The notes below the pieces were generated by a model, which worked only from the letters and a program-made list of their open reading frames with translations, made no database searches and was not told the origin of the DNA. A stretch of DNA of 58,576 nucleotides, from positions 1 to 58,576 of the forward strand of contig JAUCBJ010008113.1 of the NCBI GenBank assembly GCA_032718475.1, given 5' to 3'. Of this stretch, positions 1 to 12,200 are shown one piece after another; position 1 is the stretch's first letter; each line of letters begins with the position of its first letter. The DNA comes from Nemertoderma westbladi (lineage: Eukaryota; Animalia; Xenacoelomorpha). The translations under genes and the position numbers were made by a program.

Positions 1-3000
1 GCTTTTAACTCCGCTCGAGGAACTTTCAGCTTGTTGTTGATTAATGCCTTAGAAGTAACCAAGGCGACTTTGATTCCATCCGGAGTTTCCACTCTTAGGT
101 AGGCTACTATACCGATTCCCATATCGCTGGCGTCTCCAAACACATGGAGTTGATAGGAATACGTAGGGAGAACATGACCAAAATATGAACGGGAAATTAT
201 AAAATCTTCGATAGCTGGCAGAGAATCTTCCCATTTCATCCACTTCTTCAATAATTCTCCCTTAAGTGGATCGTCACATGAGTGGTTTTCAAGCCACATT
301 TGTTGTACCAAACTACGAGCAATCAATATAACTGGGCTAATAAATCCCAATGGATCGAAATAAGTGCTCAGTATACTTAAGCAAATCCGTTTGGTTCGAA
401 CTTGATTATCTTGCTGTTTTAGCTGGAAAAACAGGATATCTCGCTCTGTGTCCCATTTCAAGCCGAGTGTCTTGGTTTCTGGCAGATCATCTTTGATCAA
501 ATCGAGATCTTTCGCTCCTTGATCTTCCGCAGGGATCGACTCCAGAAACTCACGGGAGTTGCTGGTGAATTTGGTTAATCGAAACCCACCTCTTTTTAAG
601 CACTCCACCGTTCCTTTAGCTACCTCAATGGCTTCCTCAACTGATGGAAGGGACTTCAGATTGTCGTCCATGTATATGTCTCTCTTGATGTTGTCGATCA
701 CTTCCTTAGAGAAGGCCTCTCTGTTGTCCTCTGCAGTGGTACGCACTACCGAACAGGCGTTGGAAGGGCTTGAGATTATCCCAAAGGCCTGGATGGTCAT
801 CCAGTACTCCACCGGTTTCTGGTTGAGGTCTCCTTCGGGCCACCACAGAAATCGTAGACTATCTCGATCCCTATCCAACACCTTGACTTGTAAGAATATG
901 CCTTCTATATCGGAGGCGAAAGCAATCGAATATTGTCTCAATCTTAAAAGAATTCCCAACAAGGATTGAAGTAAGTTGGGTCCGGGTAACAATTCAGAGT
1001 TAAGGGATTGACCCATGTAAAGAGCGGAGCCATCAAACACTACTCTCACTTCATTTGGTTTACCGGGTTTAGGAACGTAATGGTGAGTTAAATAATACGT
1101 TCTTTCAGTCACAGGTGTTTCTTCCGGTACCCTCTCCGCGTATCCCTTATTAATAAATTTTTCCAGCTGTGTTTGATACATTGCTTTAGCTGAAGAATTA
1201 GCCGTAAGGCGTCGATGGAGTTGCGCGATTCTTTTTTCCGCCAGGGGTCTGTTATTGATGAACTTCGGTTCTCTCTTGCGGAAAGGTAGACCGACTTCAT
1301 ACCTACCTTGATCTTTGAGGAAACGTGTAGTTGTCTCTTGGATCTGCTTGGCCCTTTCCTCTTCCACTGATAAAGCCTTATCGTAGGAATTGGGCTCTAC
1401 CGCCTCTTGCGTAAAGAATCGTACAGCATGTTCATCTCGAGTCTTGGCATTACAACGCTCAATGACGTCATTTAACTCGTCGTTATAAGCTTCTCGTTCA
1501 GATGGATAGAGAAGTTGACATAAGTTCACTTGGTTTTGCCAAGCCTCGTTTTCTTTAAGGAGGTCGATGGTATTCTCCTCATCAAAAAGCTGGTGAATGT
1601 CGTCGTTATCTGAGGAGTATGGAGTTCCCTCAGTTAAATCGTCTCCCTCACTAGTATCACCTTCCCATTCACTCACCTGGCAGACGCGTTCTTGCGGTAG
1701 TCTTTCTCTGAGTGTTCTACGGGAAGGGCCAGTAAAGTACCAACCTACTCTAGTTCTTACCGCATAGGTCTGTAGTGGCTGCGGTTGAGCTGGCCGTTTC
1801 TCTAATGTCTCCAGCGCCTCATGCGCGTTTTGGCCGATGAGTATTTGCACTCCAGGATAATCAGTCTGGAACCGAGGTATGTTAAGATGTTGGATGCTCT
1901 CATCCTCGTCCCAATTATAAAGGTCTGCTTGGGTGGTAGCGAAGTTCTTTATAGCTACCATTTTCACTGACCTTATGCTATGTTCTCCTAGTTCGTCCTG
2001 GGGGGTGGACAACGCTCCTACATAATAATCCGCTGTTATTGTGGATTTCCAGACTTGCATAATGCCTGACATGTTTAGCGTAGTTCGGAACTTGGGTTGT
2101 CCAGCAAATATGTCTTCGGCGAGCTCTTGGTCGATGAATGTTCCTGTACTACCGGAGTCAAGGAGGGCGTTCACTACGTAACTCCTCTTAGGTCCATGAA
2201 CCCTTACCTGTACTACAGGAAATTCTCTAATCCCTACATTGGAAGATGACTCTTTCCAAGATGGTTGTCGTTCAGAAGTAGTTAGAGTGAGGTCACTGTC
2301 TGTATCTTTTTCATATGTGAGTGCTCGATACACTGCGGTATTTATCATGTAACAGGATTCGTTTTCGTCGGAGAACTCGTCTGTATAGAATCCTTCCATC
2401 TCAGATTGATCAGTGTCGTTCACATCACTGAATTGGACATGTAGCTCGGAATCACTTACCTGATTCGGACTATTTCGCTCGAATTCAGCGTGCAACAAGA
2501 TATGATGTTTCGCACCACACTTTGCACACCTTATGTCAGAGAAACAGGTTCGCCGTTGGTGTCCTTGTCTGAGGCAATTATAACATAACCGCTTATCCCA
2601 CATGACTTCACGTCTCTCAGTTAATGATTTCTTCAGGAATTCGTCACACATATTCAAACGGTGGGTCCCGTCGCATAGCGCACATTTCGGTTTGATGTTA
2701 CTTACCTTATTCTGAGTCACATTGTGTACACTTGCTTTTTCTTCGGGCTTTCTCACCTGAATTCTCTTGGGAGACGTAGGAGGAGTTTTCCTTACCTGTT
2801 CTCTCCTGTCATTTGCTCGAGACTTGAATTTACTCACCTGATCTTTAGGCATTTTATTGACATAATAAGATCTATCAGTGTCTTTCCCGCTATCTTCTCC
2901 TTGAGAAGTCTGGCTTTCGCCGTCGTCTGTATAACACACTGGTGTTACCTTTCTCCTAGAGACGGGTTTTTCACTTACCTTGTTTTCCGGTGTCTTCTCT

Positions 3001-5840
3001 CTAGACAGTTTCAGGAGCTGTAATTTCACTTCTCCATCTAGGAATGACATGAGATCAGCCATGGTAGGGTCTCGTCGTTGTTGTTCCATCATATATAGTA
3101 CTTTCTTATCCCAGCGTGTGCCTACCCCACCTTTCGGTAAAGTAGAAGCCACAGCTCCAATGACCATAGAACTTTGGTATTCATGAGACTTACCTAACCA
3201 ATCTAATTGTCTACAGATCTCTTGAATCTCATCGGAAAACTCTATTATCCCACTGCTGATGAACTTTCTGGGCGCTACTAATTTTGCATATAAATACTTA
3301 GCGATATTATTCCTATTACCATACCTGATGTTTAGTGTGTCCCAAACTTGTCTTAATCCGTCCGGATGTCCAATAAACTTTAACGCCATTAACTTGGGAG
3401 ATCCTTCCAAGCACTCGATGAGGTATCTAAGTTTTTCTCCATTAGATAGTACAGAGTTCTGTATGTTATCTTTGTAATATTCATTAAAAGGTAACCATTT
3501 CATCTCATCTCCATTGAACTTGACGATCTCTCCCACCTTCACCGCTTGCCGGGCTTCAGTTCTAGCCATTTGACGCGTAAAACTTTCTTGGGCCATCGTG
3601 TTATTTAATATCGAGTTATCGGTATATAAATTTCTCGGATTATGTTCAACTCTATAAGGAATGTCATTATCAACAGGTCTATAATTACCCTTAATAGGGT
3701 TCACTATAGGAGTTTCGACTTCGCTAGCAGTATATATGCGTGTAGGCTCCACACCTTGCGCATGAGATACTTCAGAGCTAACAGGTTGACACATTGTTAC
3801 TGAGGGTGGTGGTATACCCCTTTGTGTGTTTACTAATTTATCGCGTTCTAGCGCGATACTTTGCTGCACTTCTTGCAACTCTAGCCTACTTTCCCTTACT
3901 GTGCCTTTGAATTGCTGGACAGTCTCCTGCATCTGCCCGAGCAGGATATCCATCCCCCGCCGTCTCTCGTCCACCCATTCGACCGCCGAAGCGGGAGTCG
4001 CCAATGTTGTAGCGGGCGGACGAGGGACAATGGGCGACAAATCAGGAATATTTCGCTCGGGGTCCAGAACCTGAACTGTCTCCTGGGCAGTTCTACGGGG
4101 CACAGGTAGCTTAGTGCTATGCAGAGGGAGTTTAGAGGTAATCAAAGGGAGCACAGGTGTGTCTATCACCGAAGGGGTGATTTCAAGAACAGGCCTAATT
4201 ATTTCAGGCTCATCTACTATCGTAGGGAGTCTTTCTATTTTAATTGTTTGGTCTGTGGGTTCTGTACTGCCTAAGTTGGTGTTATTTAGTTGCCTTCTAA
4301 CAGCTGGAGGCAAATCAGGCAATTTCTGACGGTGGAATGTTCTTTTACGTCGGCTTAGACGAGATCCATTTCCTTTGCCTTCAGTATCGGTGGTATCGCC
4401 TTCCTCAGATGATGTATAACCTTGTCTTTTGGGAGTAGATCGATTCATCATCTGCATATTACTAGCTGTCAACTGTTTATTTATGCAGTCTTGATTCTCT
4501 TGAAGATGTTCCAATTCCAGTTGGGTGATCTCTTCCGCTGCTCTCCGTTCTGCTTCCGCCACCGCTGCCTCTTTTGCCTCTGCCGCTGCCGCTTTTGCCT
4601 CTGCCGCTGCCGCTTTTGCCTCTGCCGCTGCCGCTTTTCTTTCTGCCTCTGCCACGGCTGCTCTCTTTCTGTCTTCTATACGTTTTTTCCTTACTTGTTC
4701 TTCCTTTTCTCTAGCGATGCGGAGTTGTTCATCGAATTTAGCTTGGTTCGCCGCTAACCTATCTACATCTATTGCATCCAACACACGCTGGGCTCCTTCA
4801 CTATTAGGGCTAAGCCCCTCTAACCTTCTCCTCAACTCTTCATCACCTAAAAAACGCTGATAGTCTGACAGATAAATGTCAATGGCATCTTTCTTATGCG
4901 GTTTCTCTGCCGTCGCTTCACTTTCCATTTGGGAAGAAGTAGCGTCCGTTGATTCTCCTTGGGTTGAGCGCTCCTCCAACTGAGCTTTCCACTGAGCTGC
5001 TCCTTGAACATGGCGACTCACCCGTTGAAACCAAGTCTTTACGGCAACTTGCAACGACGTGTCTTGTCTTCTTTTAGAAGCCTCCTCAAAGGCTGATAAG
5101 ATTAGCCTAATTCGCAGAATTCTTTCTCTAACTTGATAAAGCAGTTGTCCCTGCTCTTGAGGTCCTTGAGGTTGTTTAAACAGTTGTTTTTCTACTCGCT
5201 CCATAGAGCTGAAGAATCCTTGTGCGTATCCGGCTGCGGACCTCTTCCATACAGCTGGATCGATGGTTTCCTTGGCTACTCCCATCCGGTGTATGTCTTC
5301 CCAGGCAGCTTCTGATAAATCAAACGGGAGTCCGGGTCCGGGGAAGTTCCATTGCGACTCGACAATAGACTTCAGTTCTTCCCTCGTGTATCCCGCATAA
5401 CTATCTCTAGTTGATCGCTGACTTCTCGCCCAATCGATCTGGTGTTCTTCCACCGCAATCAATAACCTAGTGAGTACGGCTGCAGGAAGGATGAGAAGGG
5501 GATCCGTATAAACCGCATCCATCATCTCTGCTCCGCGCTCGGGTGTCAGCTCTACAGTATCCTCACTACTGGAGCTGCTGGGCCGTTGAGGAATAAGTTC
5601 TTGACTCGCGGGTTGTTGCTGTTCCGCTGCTTCTTGCTCCCGCTTGACCTGAGCTCGAGTGCCTATGATAGACCTACGATGTTGGACCAGCCTAGGTTCT
5701 GTTATTACTACTGGAGGGATGACCTTCCTCACAGTGGGAGGTGAACTGAACTTACGACTAGACGGTTCTATATCTCTATCTGAGCCGCAGATAGTTACAT
5801 CTAATAAACTGTCTGACAGGTTCTGCTTAGTATCACACAT
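1..5840 (-). CDS. BEL/Pao gag-pol polyprotein of element 1, partial (continues off the left edge in the RNase H region)
   Basis: Manual minus-strand translation from ATG at 5840 (in-frame TGA just upstream at 5874-5876). Contains a BEL-type triple zinc knuckle (CALCDGTHRLNMC...CYNCLRQGHQRRTC...CAKCGAKHHILLH, ~2490-2685), protease ALLDSGS (~2150-2170), RT motifs VRVVFDGSA, GPNLL and DIYMDD (~663-680), and RNase H LHVFGDASD (~123-150). The ATG and YMDD are in the same frame; the ORF track lists no terminated ORF in this frame, consistent with no stop before the edge. Confidence 0.93.
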   Translation of the reverse strand, partial: MCDTKQNLSDSLLDVTICGSDRDIEPSSRKFSSPPTVRKVIPPVVITEPRLVQHRRSIIGTRAQVKREQEAAEQQQPASQELIPQRPSSSSSEDTVELTPERGAEMMDAVYTDPLLILPAAVLTRLLIAVEEHQIDWARSQRSTRDSYAGYTREELKSIVESQWNFPGPGLPFDLSEAAWEDIHRMGVAKETIDPAVWKRSAAGYAQGFFSSMERVEKQLFKQPQGPQEQGQLLYQVRERILRIRLILSAFEEASKRRQDTSLQVAVKTWFQRVSRHVQGAAQWKAQLEERSTQGESTDATSSQMESEATAEKPHKKDAIDIYLSDYQRFLGDEELRRRLEGLSPNSEGAQRVLDAIDVDRLAANQAKFDEQLRIAREKEEQVRKKRIEDRKRAAVAEAERKAAAAEAKAAAAEAKAAAAEAKEAAVAEAERRAAEEITQLELEHLQENQDCINKQLTASNMQMMNRSTPKRQGYTSSEEGDTTDTEGKGNGSRLSRRKRTFHRQKLPDLPPAVRRQLNNTNLGSTEPTDQTIKIERLPTIVDEPEIIRPVLEITPSVIDTPVLPLITSKLPLHSTKLPVPRRTAQETVQVLDPERNIPDLSPIVPRPPATTLATPASAVEWVDERRRGMDILLGQMQETVQQFKGTVRESRLELQEVQQSIALERDKLVNTQRGIPPPSVTMCQPVSSEVSHAQGVEPTRIYTASEVETPIVNPIKGNYRPVDNDIPYRVEHNPRNLYTDNSILNNTMAQESFTRQMARTEARQAVKVGEIVKFNGDEMKWLPFNEYYKDNIQNSVLSNGEKLRYLIECLEGSPKLMALKFIGHPDGLRQVWDTLNIRYGNRNNIAKYLYAKLVAPRKFISSGIIEFSDEIQEICRQLDWLGKSHEYQSSMVIGAVASTLPKGGVGTRWDKKVLYMMEQQRRDPTMADLMSFLDGEVKLQLLKLSREKTPENKVSEKPVSRRKVTPVCYTDDGESQTSQGEDSGKDTDRSYYVNKMPKDQVSKFKSRANDRREQVRKTPPTSPKRIQVRKPEEKASVHNVTQNKVSNIKPKCALCDGTHRLNMCDEFLKKSLTERREVMWDKRLCYNCLRQGHQRRTCFSDIRCAKCGAKHHILLHAEFERNSPNQVSDSELHVQFSDVNDTDQSEMEGFYTDEFSDENESCYMINTAVYRALTYEKDTDSDLTLTTSERQPSWKESSSNVGIREFPVVQVRVHGPKRSYVVNALLDSGSTGTFIDQELAEDIFAGQPKFRTTLNMSGIMQVWKSTITADYYVGALSTPQDELGEHSIRSVKMVAIKNFATTQADLYNWDEDESIQHLNIPRFQTDYPGVQILIGQNAHEALETLEKRPAQPQPLQTYAVRTRVGWYFTGPSRRTLRERLPQERVCQVSEWEGDTSEGDDLTEGTPYSSDNDDIHQLFDEENTIDLLKENEAWQNQVNLCQLLYPSEREAYNDELNDVIERCNAKTRDEHAVRFFTQEAVEPNSYDKALSVEEERAKQIQETTTRFLKDQGRYEVGLPFRKREPKFINNRPLAEKRIAQLHRRLTANSSAKAMYQTQLEKFINKGYAERVPEETPVTERTYYLTHHYVPKPGKPNEVRVVFDGSALYMGQSLNSELLPGPNLLQSLLGILLRLRQYSIAFASDIEGIFLQVKVLDRDRDSLRFLWWPEGDLNQKPVEYWMTIQAFGIISSPSNACSVVRTTAEDNREAFSKEVIDNIKRDIYMDDNLKSLPSVEEAIEVAKGTVECLKRGGFRLTKFTSNSREFLESIPAEDQGAKDLDLIKDDLPETKTLGLKWDTERDILFFQLKQQDNQVRTKRICLSILSTYFDPLGFISPVILIARSLVQQMWLENHSCDDPLKGELLKKWMKWEDSLPAIEDFIISRSYFGHVLPTYSYQLHVFGDASDMGIGIVAYLRVETPDGIKVALVTSKALINNKLKVPRAELK
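4562..4638. repeat. 21-bp coding tandem repeat in element 1 gag (AAAEAKA heptads)
   Basis: gccgcttttgcctctgccgct, about 3.5 copies. Confidence 0.85.
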
Positions 5841-7204
5841 GTTTGTGTGTACAGTTGAATGCCTACTGCTATATCACAGTCTGAGCAAGTCTAGTAATTC
5901 AGTATTAACTGCTAGCCTAGTAATTAATTACCGATACTGCTACTCAGTGTAGCGTGATATATATAATATATTAGAATACCGGTATGCTTATAGTATATAT
6001 AAGTATTATTACAGACTAGGTTTATCTCAGAATACCGGTATAATTTTAGCACAAATATATATAAATATATAATAGGCCTATCGGGAATACCGGTATACAG
6101 CTTACAGTTTGTAGCATATATAATTCTGGACTAGAATTAATTACAAGTACCGGTATAATTTCAGCCTAAATTATAGAAATAAAGATAATAGGCCTATCGT
6201 AAATACCGGTATATCAATTATTTTAAATAATTGAATTTCTGAATTTTAGGGTTACTTGGTTACTTTAACTTACTTTATTGCCGTTAGTTAAGCAGTAGTC
6301 CAACTGATATTGAGACCTAATTGTTATATGGTAGGCCTACTATTTATAAATCGTTAGATTTGATTTATAATATATATATACCCGTTTTAATGGGTTTTGT
6401 CCATGTTTGAAATAAATGTTATTATTTCTGGGGTAATCACTACACAAAGCGGTACGCTTTCAGTGAAGTGTTACGTACAGGATACTAAAACAAATGATTC
6501 TAATTTACCTAAGTTACTTAATACTACAAATTACGTACGATTCGGGTTGAGATTACAATCTCTAAATAAACACAAAAATTTACAAAAACACAAAATACGA
6601 ATTTTTAGGGTAATTTTACAAGAAGTCTACAAACCAGCCTAACAAAGGGTTAGAAAACTGGTTATTACAACGGACAGGGTACTGCGGTTATTTGAAAATA
6701 ATACGTAGTAGTAAATACACTGCATTGTCCAGATAGGAAAATACCACCGCCTGACGACCTATAGCCGTATCGCTATAGGTTCTACGTTATGTATCACGGA
6801 GTGTTCCTACCTAGAAGTTAATAGAGCTAATCGAACGTGCCTATTAACCACTTTACAACACAAATATAATGCCTACACTAATTACTTTCGGAAAGCACTG
6901 TACACTAAACCCTAAATTAGGTACGAGTACTTGTACAACAGATAATCAGTAGTTAAATATACTTGAACAGCTAAAAGAACCATGGCATCTGCTGGAGTGA
7001 CCGATGCACAAAATCACCAGTCTTTACCTACGCCAAGCAGCCCGTGTAGTACCGGGGTTAATTTAACTATAGCGGTATGTATAACAAACACAATTACTGT
7101 AGGAACAAACTTGGGGAATGAATGTTGCGGATAATCGCATAAACTCTGAATAATAAATATCACGCTACGCGTACAAACTACTCAAACAAAATGCAGACCG
7201 AACA

Positions 7205-7730
7205 CTGACAGACTACTATCAAGCCTAAACAAACTACGGTATATGCAGACTCCGAAATAATTAGGTAGTATGCGTTCTAACCCAGTAGTACGACTTATTC
7301 TTTAGTTGGGGGTTTACCTTACAGCATTCGCTGCCCCTACTTCCTAACCGTTCTTTATCGGACAAGTGATCTACACACGCTGCAATCCGTTCAGACCTAA
7401 TAACAGCCAGGCAACTATCCAGCCTACAAATTATCTAAATAAAATTATACGCTACCCGTACAGACTTACACAAACAAAGTACAGACTAAACGATGGCAGA
7501 CTACTCTCAAGCCTAAATAAACTACAGGACATGCAGACTCCGAAATGATTAGGGAGTATGCGTTCTAACCCAGTAGTACGACTTATTCTTTAGTTGGGGG
7601 TTTACCTTACAGCATTCGCTGCCCCTACTTCCTAACCGTACTTAATCGGACAGGTGATCTACACACACTGCAATCCGTTCAGACTTAACAGCAATCAGAC
7701 AACAGCTCAGCCTACAAATTGTCTGTACAA
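7205..7730. repeat. 288-bp-period tandem duplication in the element 1 leader
   Basis: tcaagcctaaa...caatccgttcagac at ~7219-7396 and ~7507-7684; the central ~80 nt are identical. Confidence 0.9.
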
Positions 7731-7879
7731 TCTGATCAGGCTTACACGTCTTCTGTTCAATACTGGCCTACAAACAAATAAAACTTGACAGAAATAAGTA
7801 AAATCTCAATAAAAAACCAGGGCGGCCGTTCCCTGATTAAGTATTAAGACCTACCGGTATACAACAATCAAATCGAATA

Positions 7880-8030
7880 ATACTAATGTACTTATACGGG
7901 AAGTACCGGTTAGGACAGTTAGGCCTACGGACCTACAGAAGTACCGGTTCTGGCAGTTGGACCTACGGGCCTACAGCAGTACAGGTTCTTGCAGTTGGGC
8001 CTACTGACCTACAGAAGTACCGGTTCAAGT
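7880..8030. repeat. ~38-bp degenerate tandem repeat (gaagtaccggttc...cagttgggcctac)
   Basis: About 4 imperfect copies visible. Confidence 0.7.
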
Positions 8031-9247
8031 TTACCGGTTGACCGGTATTTTCAACTTTATTGCTTACTGCAATAAAGAAGCGATATTCAGACCTTTGGCA
8101 GTTTAACCCGCCAAATTAAGATGTCTTCTAGATATTAAATCGCTTTTTAGCCTATGACAAGTATTTGATTCACTACACTAGTCGAAACCAATCTGTGCGC
8201 GATCATTCACCCGCTGGATATTCCCGGGAGATTGGGTTCGACGGTTTAATTTTATTGCTATGTAAGCCTAATGTATTATTCGACTGACAGTATTATATAA
8301 TCTCTGACAATATTATTCACCTTCGGGGAATATTAACAGTTCCTTTAGGACGTGGCGCTTTATCTATATAAACAGAGTTATGACTTAAACTACTCACAAC
8401 GATATGGCTTAATTATAATTCACATATATGGCGCATTCTTTAGGAATTGCTTCTTTAACAGACTCACTCATACACAATGCTGCACAATACTGCACACTAA
8501 TCTGCCAATCTTCACTGATTTTAGTCACATATAAAAGGAACACAGACTGACTCATGTAGGGTCTATCAAATAACATTAGATTCACTTCAAACCACTTTAA
8601 CATAAGTCACAATCGTTATTGGTAACCTTTCTCTCTTACCTTCGGTATATCAAGAATATTGGGTTTCGGGGTTATTTCTCGTTATTCCAATATAATAATT
8701 CATCAACAAATATAATGAATAACCGACAACAAATAGCAGTATGCAGTATTCACAGATCAGTTATTAAAGCCGTGTGGTACGGTGTGTCAAATGCGTTAAA
8801 GGATATATGTCCTTATAATTAAACCTACTAGTGTTGAGCTAAAAAGCAGAAAGCATAAAACACTACAAAGCCGTTCTTTCGTGGCTTTGAAAAACTCGTG
8901 ACTACTACTCTATACGAGGATACCAACTACCCTTATTCCACGAAGCTCCCATTCAACACAGAGAAAGAGCAGTGAGATAGGAAAATTTCAGTTCAGTAGC
9001 TCTGTGATAGGTCAAAATCAAGGCTAACTCAAATTCTATTGGGAGATACAAAAACAAGGCTATGACGCAACCTTCCTAGGCTGGTTGGCCGATTAAACAG
9101 AGCCCAGATACCTGCGTACAGCAAATCAGCCAATAAGCTGGTAGCTTGCGCTATTCGAGTTATAGATCCCCTTTTAGAGTATTCAGCGACTGGGGGGGAA
9201 CTGGTTAGCAAGGCAAACGAATCAGTTATCCCACAAAAGCTTTTACA

Positions 9248-12200
9248 AATACATACCGGGAACCAACCCCATTATTTGTCGACAACGAGGTTATGTGGTC
9301 CAAGGAGGGCTCCACACAAGGGGATCCTATCGGTCTGGCGATGTATGGAGTGGGAACCCTACCAATGATAAGGAAGCTGGGACTTCTGGCGATTGAACCA
9401 GATCCTACAAGTGGTACGGCTCTTCCCGACGGGTCTGTGGTGGGTCTGTCTCCTCCCGACGGGTCTGTGGTGGGTCCGTCTCCTCCCGACGGGTCTGTGG
9501 TGGGTCTGTCTCCCCCCGACGGGTCTGTGGTGGGTCTGTCTCCTCCCGACGGGTCTGTGGTGGGTCTGTCTCCCCCGACGGGTCTGTGGCGGGTCTTTCT
9601 CCCCCCGACGGGTCTGTGGTAGGTCTGTCTCCTCCCGACGGGTCTGTGGTGGGTCAGTCTCCTCCCGACGGGTCCGTGGTGGGTCTGTCTCCTACCGACG
9701 GGTCTGTAGTGGGTCTGTCTCCTCCTGACGGGTCTAAGGTGGCTGACGAGTCTGTGTTAGGTCTGTCCCGTCCTGACGGGTCTATGGAGGGTCTGTCTCC
9801 TCCTCCCGACGGGTCTGTGGTGGGTCCGTCTCCTCCTCCACCCGACGGGTCTGTGGTGGGTCTGTCTCCACCCGACGGGTCTAAGGTGGCCGATGGGTCT
9901 GGTTTAGGTCTGTCCCCTCCTGACGGGTCTAAGGTGGGTCTGTCTCCTCCTCCCGACGGGTCTGTGGTGGGTCCGTCTCCTCCTCCACCCGACGGGTCTG
10001 TGGTGGGTCTGTCTCCTCCTCCCGACGGGTTTGTGGCGGGTCCGTCTCCTCCTCCCGACGGGTCTGTGGTGGGTCTGTCTCCTCCTCCAGCCGACGGGTC
10101 TGCGGTGGGTCAGTCTCCTCCACCCGACGGGTCTGTGGTGGGTCTGTCTCCTCCTCCACCCGACGGGTCTGTGGTGGGTCTGTCTCCTCCTCCAGCCGAC
10201 GGGTCTGTGGTGGGTCAGTCTCCTCCTCCACCCGACGGGTATGTGGTGGGTCAGTCTCCTCCTCCTCCCGACGGGTCTGTGGTGGGTCTGTCTCCTCCTC
10301 CACCCGACGGGTCTGTGGTGGGTCTGTCTCCTCCTCCAGCCGACGGGTCTGTGGTGGGTCTGGCTCCTCCTCCAGCCGACGGGTCCGTGGTGGGTCTGTC
10401 CCTACCTCCAGCCGACGGGCCTGTGGTGGGTCTGTCCCTTCCTCCAGCCGGCGGGTCTGTGATGGGTCTGTCTCATCCCCCAGCCGACGGGTCCGTGGGG
10501 GGTCTGTCCCTTCGTCCGGCCGACGGGCCTGTGGCGGGTCTGTCTCCTCCTTCAGCCGACGGGTCCGTGGTGGGTCTGTCCCTTCCTCCAGCCGACGGGT
10601 CTGTGGTGGGTCTGTCTCCTCCTCCAGCCGACGGGTCCGTGGTGGGTCTGTCCCTTCCTCCTGCCGACGGGTCTGTGGTGGGTCTGTCTCCTCCTCCACC
10701 CGACGGGTCTGTGGTGGGTCTGTCTCCTCCTCCAGCCGACGGGTCTGTGGTGGGTCTATCTCCTCCTCCAGCCGACGGGTCCGTGGTGGGTCTGTCCCTT
10801 CCTCCAGCCGACGGGTCTGTGGTGGGTCTGTCTCCTCCTCAAGCCGACGGGTCTGTGGCGGGTCCGTCTCCTCCTTCAGCCGACGGGCCTGCGAACCACC
10901 CTAGCGAGCCTTCAATCACACAAAAATGGTTTGCAGATGATGGAAATGTAGCGGGTCGCCTCCGCCGTTTAAGAGCCTACTGGGAGAAGGTAAATATGAT
11001 TGGCCCAGGGTATGGGTATTTCCCCAATGCCAAAAAGTCTGTCCTTATAGTTAAAGACGAACATCGGGCCATAGCTGAGGATATATTCGCTGGGACTGGG
11101 GTCCAACTGACCGATGGCTACAGGGTATTGGGTTCGGTGATAGGTTCTCCCCGGGCATGCGAAACGTTCCTCACAGAACGCGTTGAACAACTCATAGACC
11201 AGCTGACCAGGTTGAAGGAGTTTGCTGTTACGGCCCCACACCCCGCATATAGTTGTCTTATCTACGGTCTACAGCCTAAATTTAACTACTTGTCCCGGAC
11301 AACCCCGGAATTCACCGCAAAGTTAGACAGTGTAGAGCAATATATCGTGGACTCTTTGATTCCCTCACTAACAGGCCGGTCCCCACCAGGGCACACAGAG
11401 AGGGAGCTACTCGCCCTCCCAGTGAAAGAGGGCGGTATGGCCATAAACCAACCTGGCGACTTAAGACACAGCTATGAACATTCACGTAGGATCTGTGAAC
11501 CTTTGAGGGTCGAAGCTGAAAGTTACCGGCAATCTCAGAGACCAATCGTCACTGAAATAATGAAGGAGAGGGCAGAACTTAGAAAGATCAAGTGTGAAAC
11601 AGTTCACGATCAGCTGTCCTGCGAGTCGAAGTACCTCCGTACACTTTCTTGCGAGAAGGGGGCCTCAGCATGGCTGTCAGCCATCCCTATTCAAAAATAC
11701 GGATTTTCCCTACATAAAACAGCCTTCCGGGATAGTCTGTGTTTGCGATATGGGTGGCTGCCAGACAGGTTGCCTTCCCACTGTGTCTGCGGGATTCCAT
11801 TCGACATCTCACACTGTCTCCATTGCCCGACAGGTGGTTACCCTACCATAAGACACAATGAGATTAGGGACTACCTGGCCGAACTCCTCAACGAGGCAGC
11901 TCACGATGTTGAGGTAGAGCCCACCCTACAACCTGTGGAAGGCGAGGAGTTCCGGTTGGCCGGCACCACCCGCGAACCGGACGCCCGTCTCGATGTCGCC
12001 GCCAGTGGATTATGGGGAGGTCGTTTCGAAAGGATTTACGTCGACGTGAAGATTTTCAACCCTCTATGCGCGTCGAACCCTCGTTCCATTCCCTCCGCAT
12101 ACAGAAAACACGAAGGCGACAAGCGGAGAAAGTACGAGGAGCGAGTGAACTCGATCGAGCACGCCGGATTCGTGCCCTTCGTCATGGCGACGACGGGTGG

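Noticed and set aside
9230-9260. Target-site duplication for the CRE-like insertion
   Set aside because: ttacaaat occurs near both ends but not directly after the poly(A) tail; no clean TSD.
9929-10699. 256-aa minus-strand repeat ORF and other alternate-frame ORFs over the minisatellite
   Set aside because: Shadow frames of a stop-poor tandem repeat.
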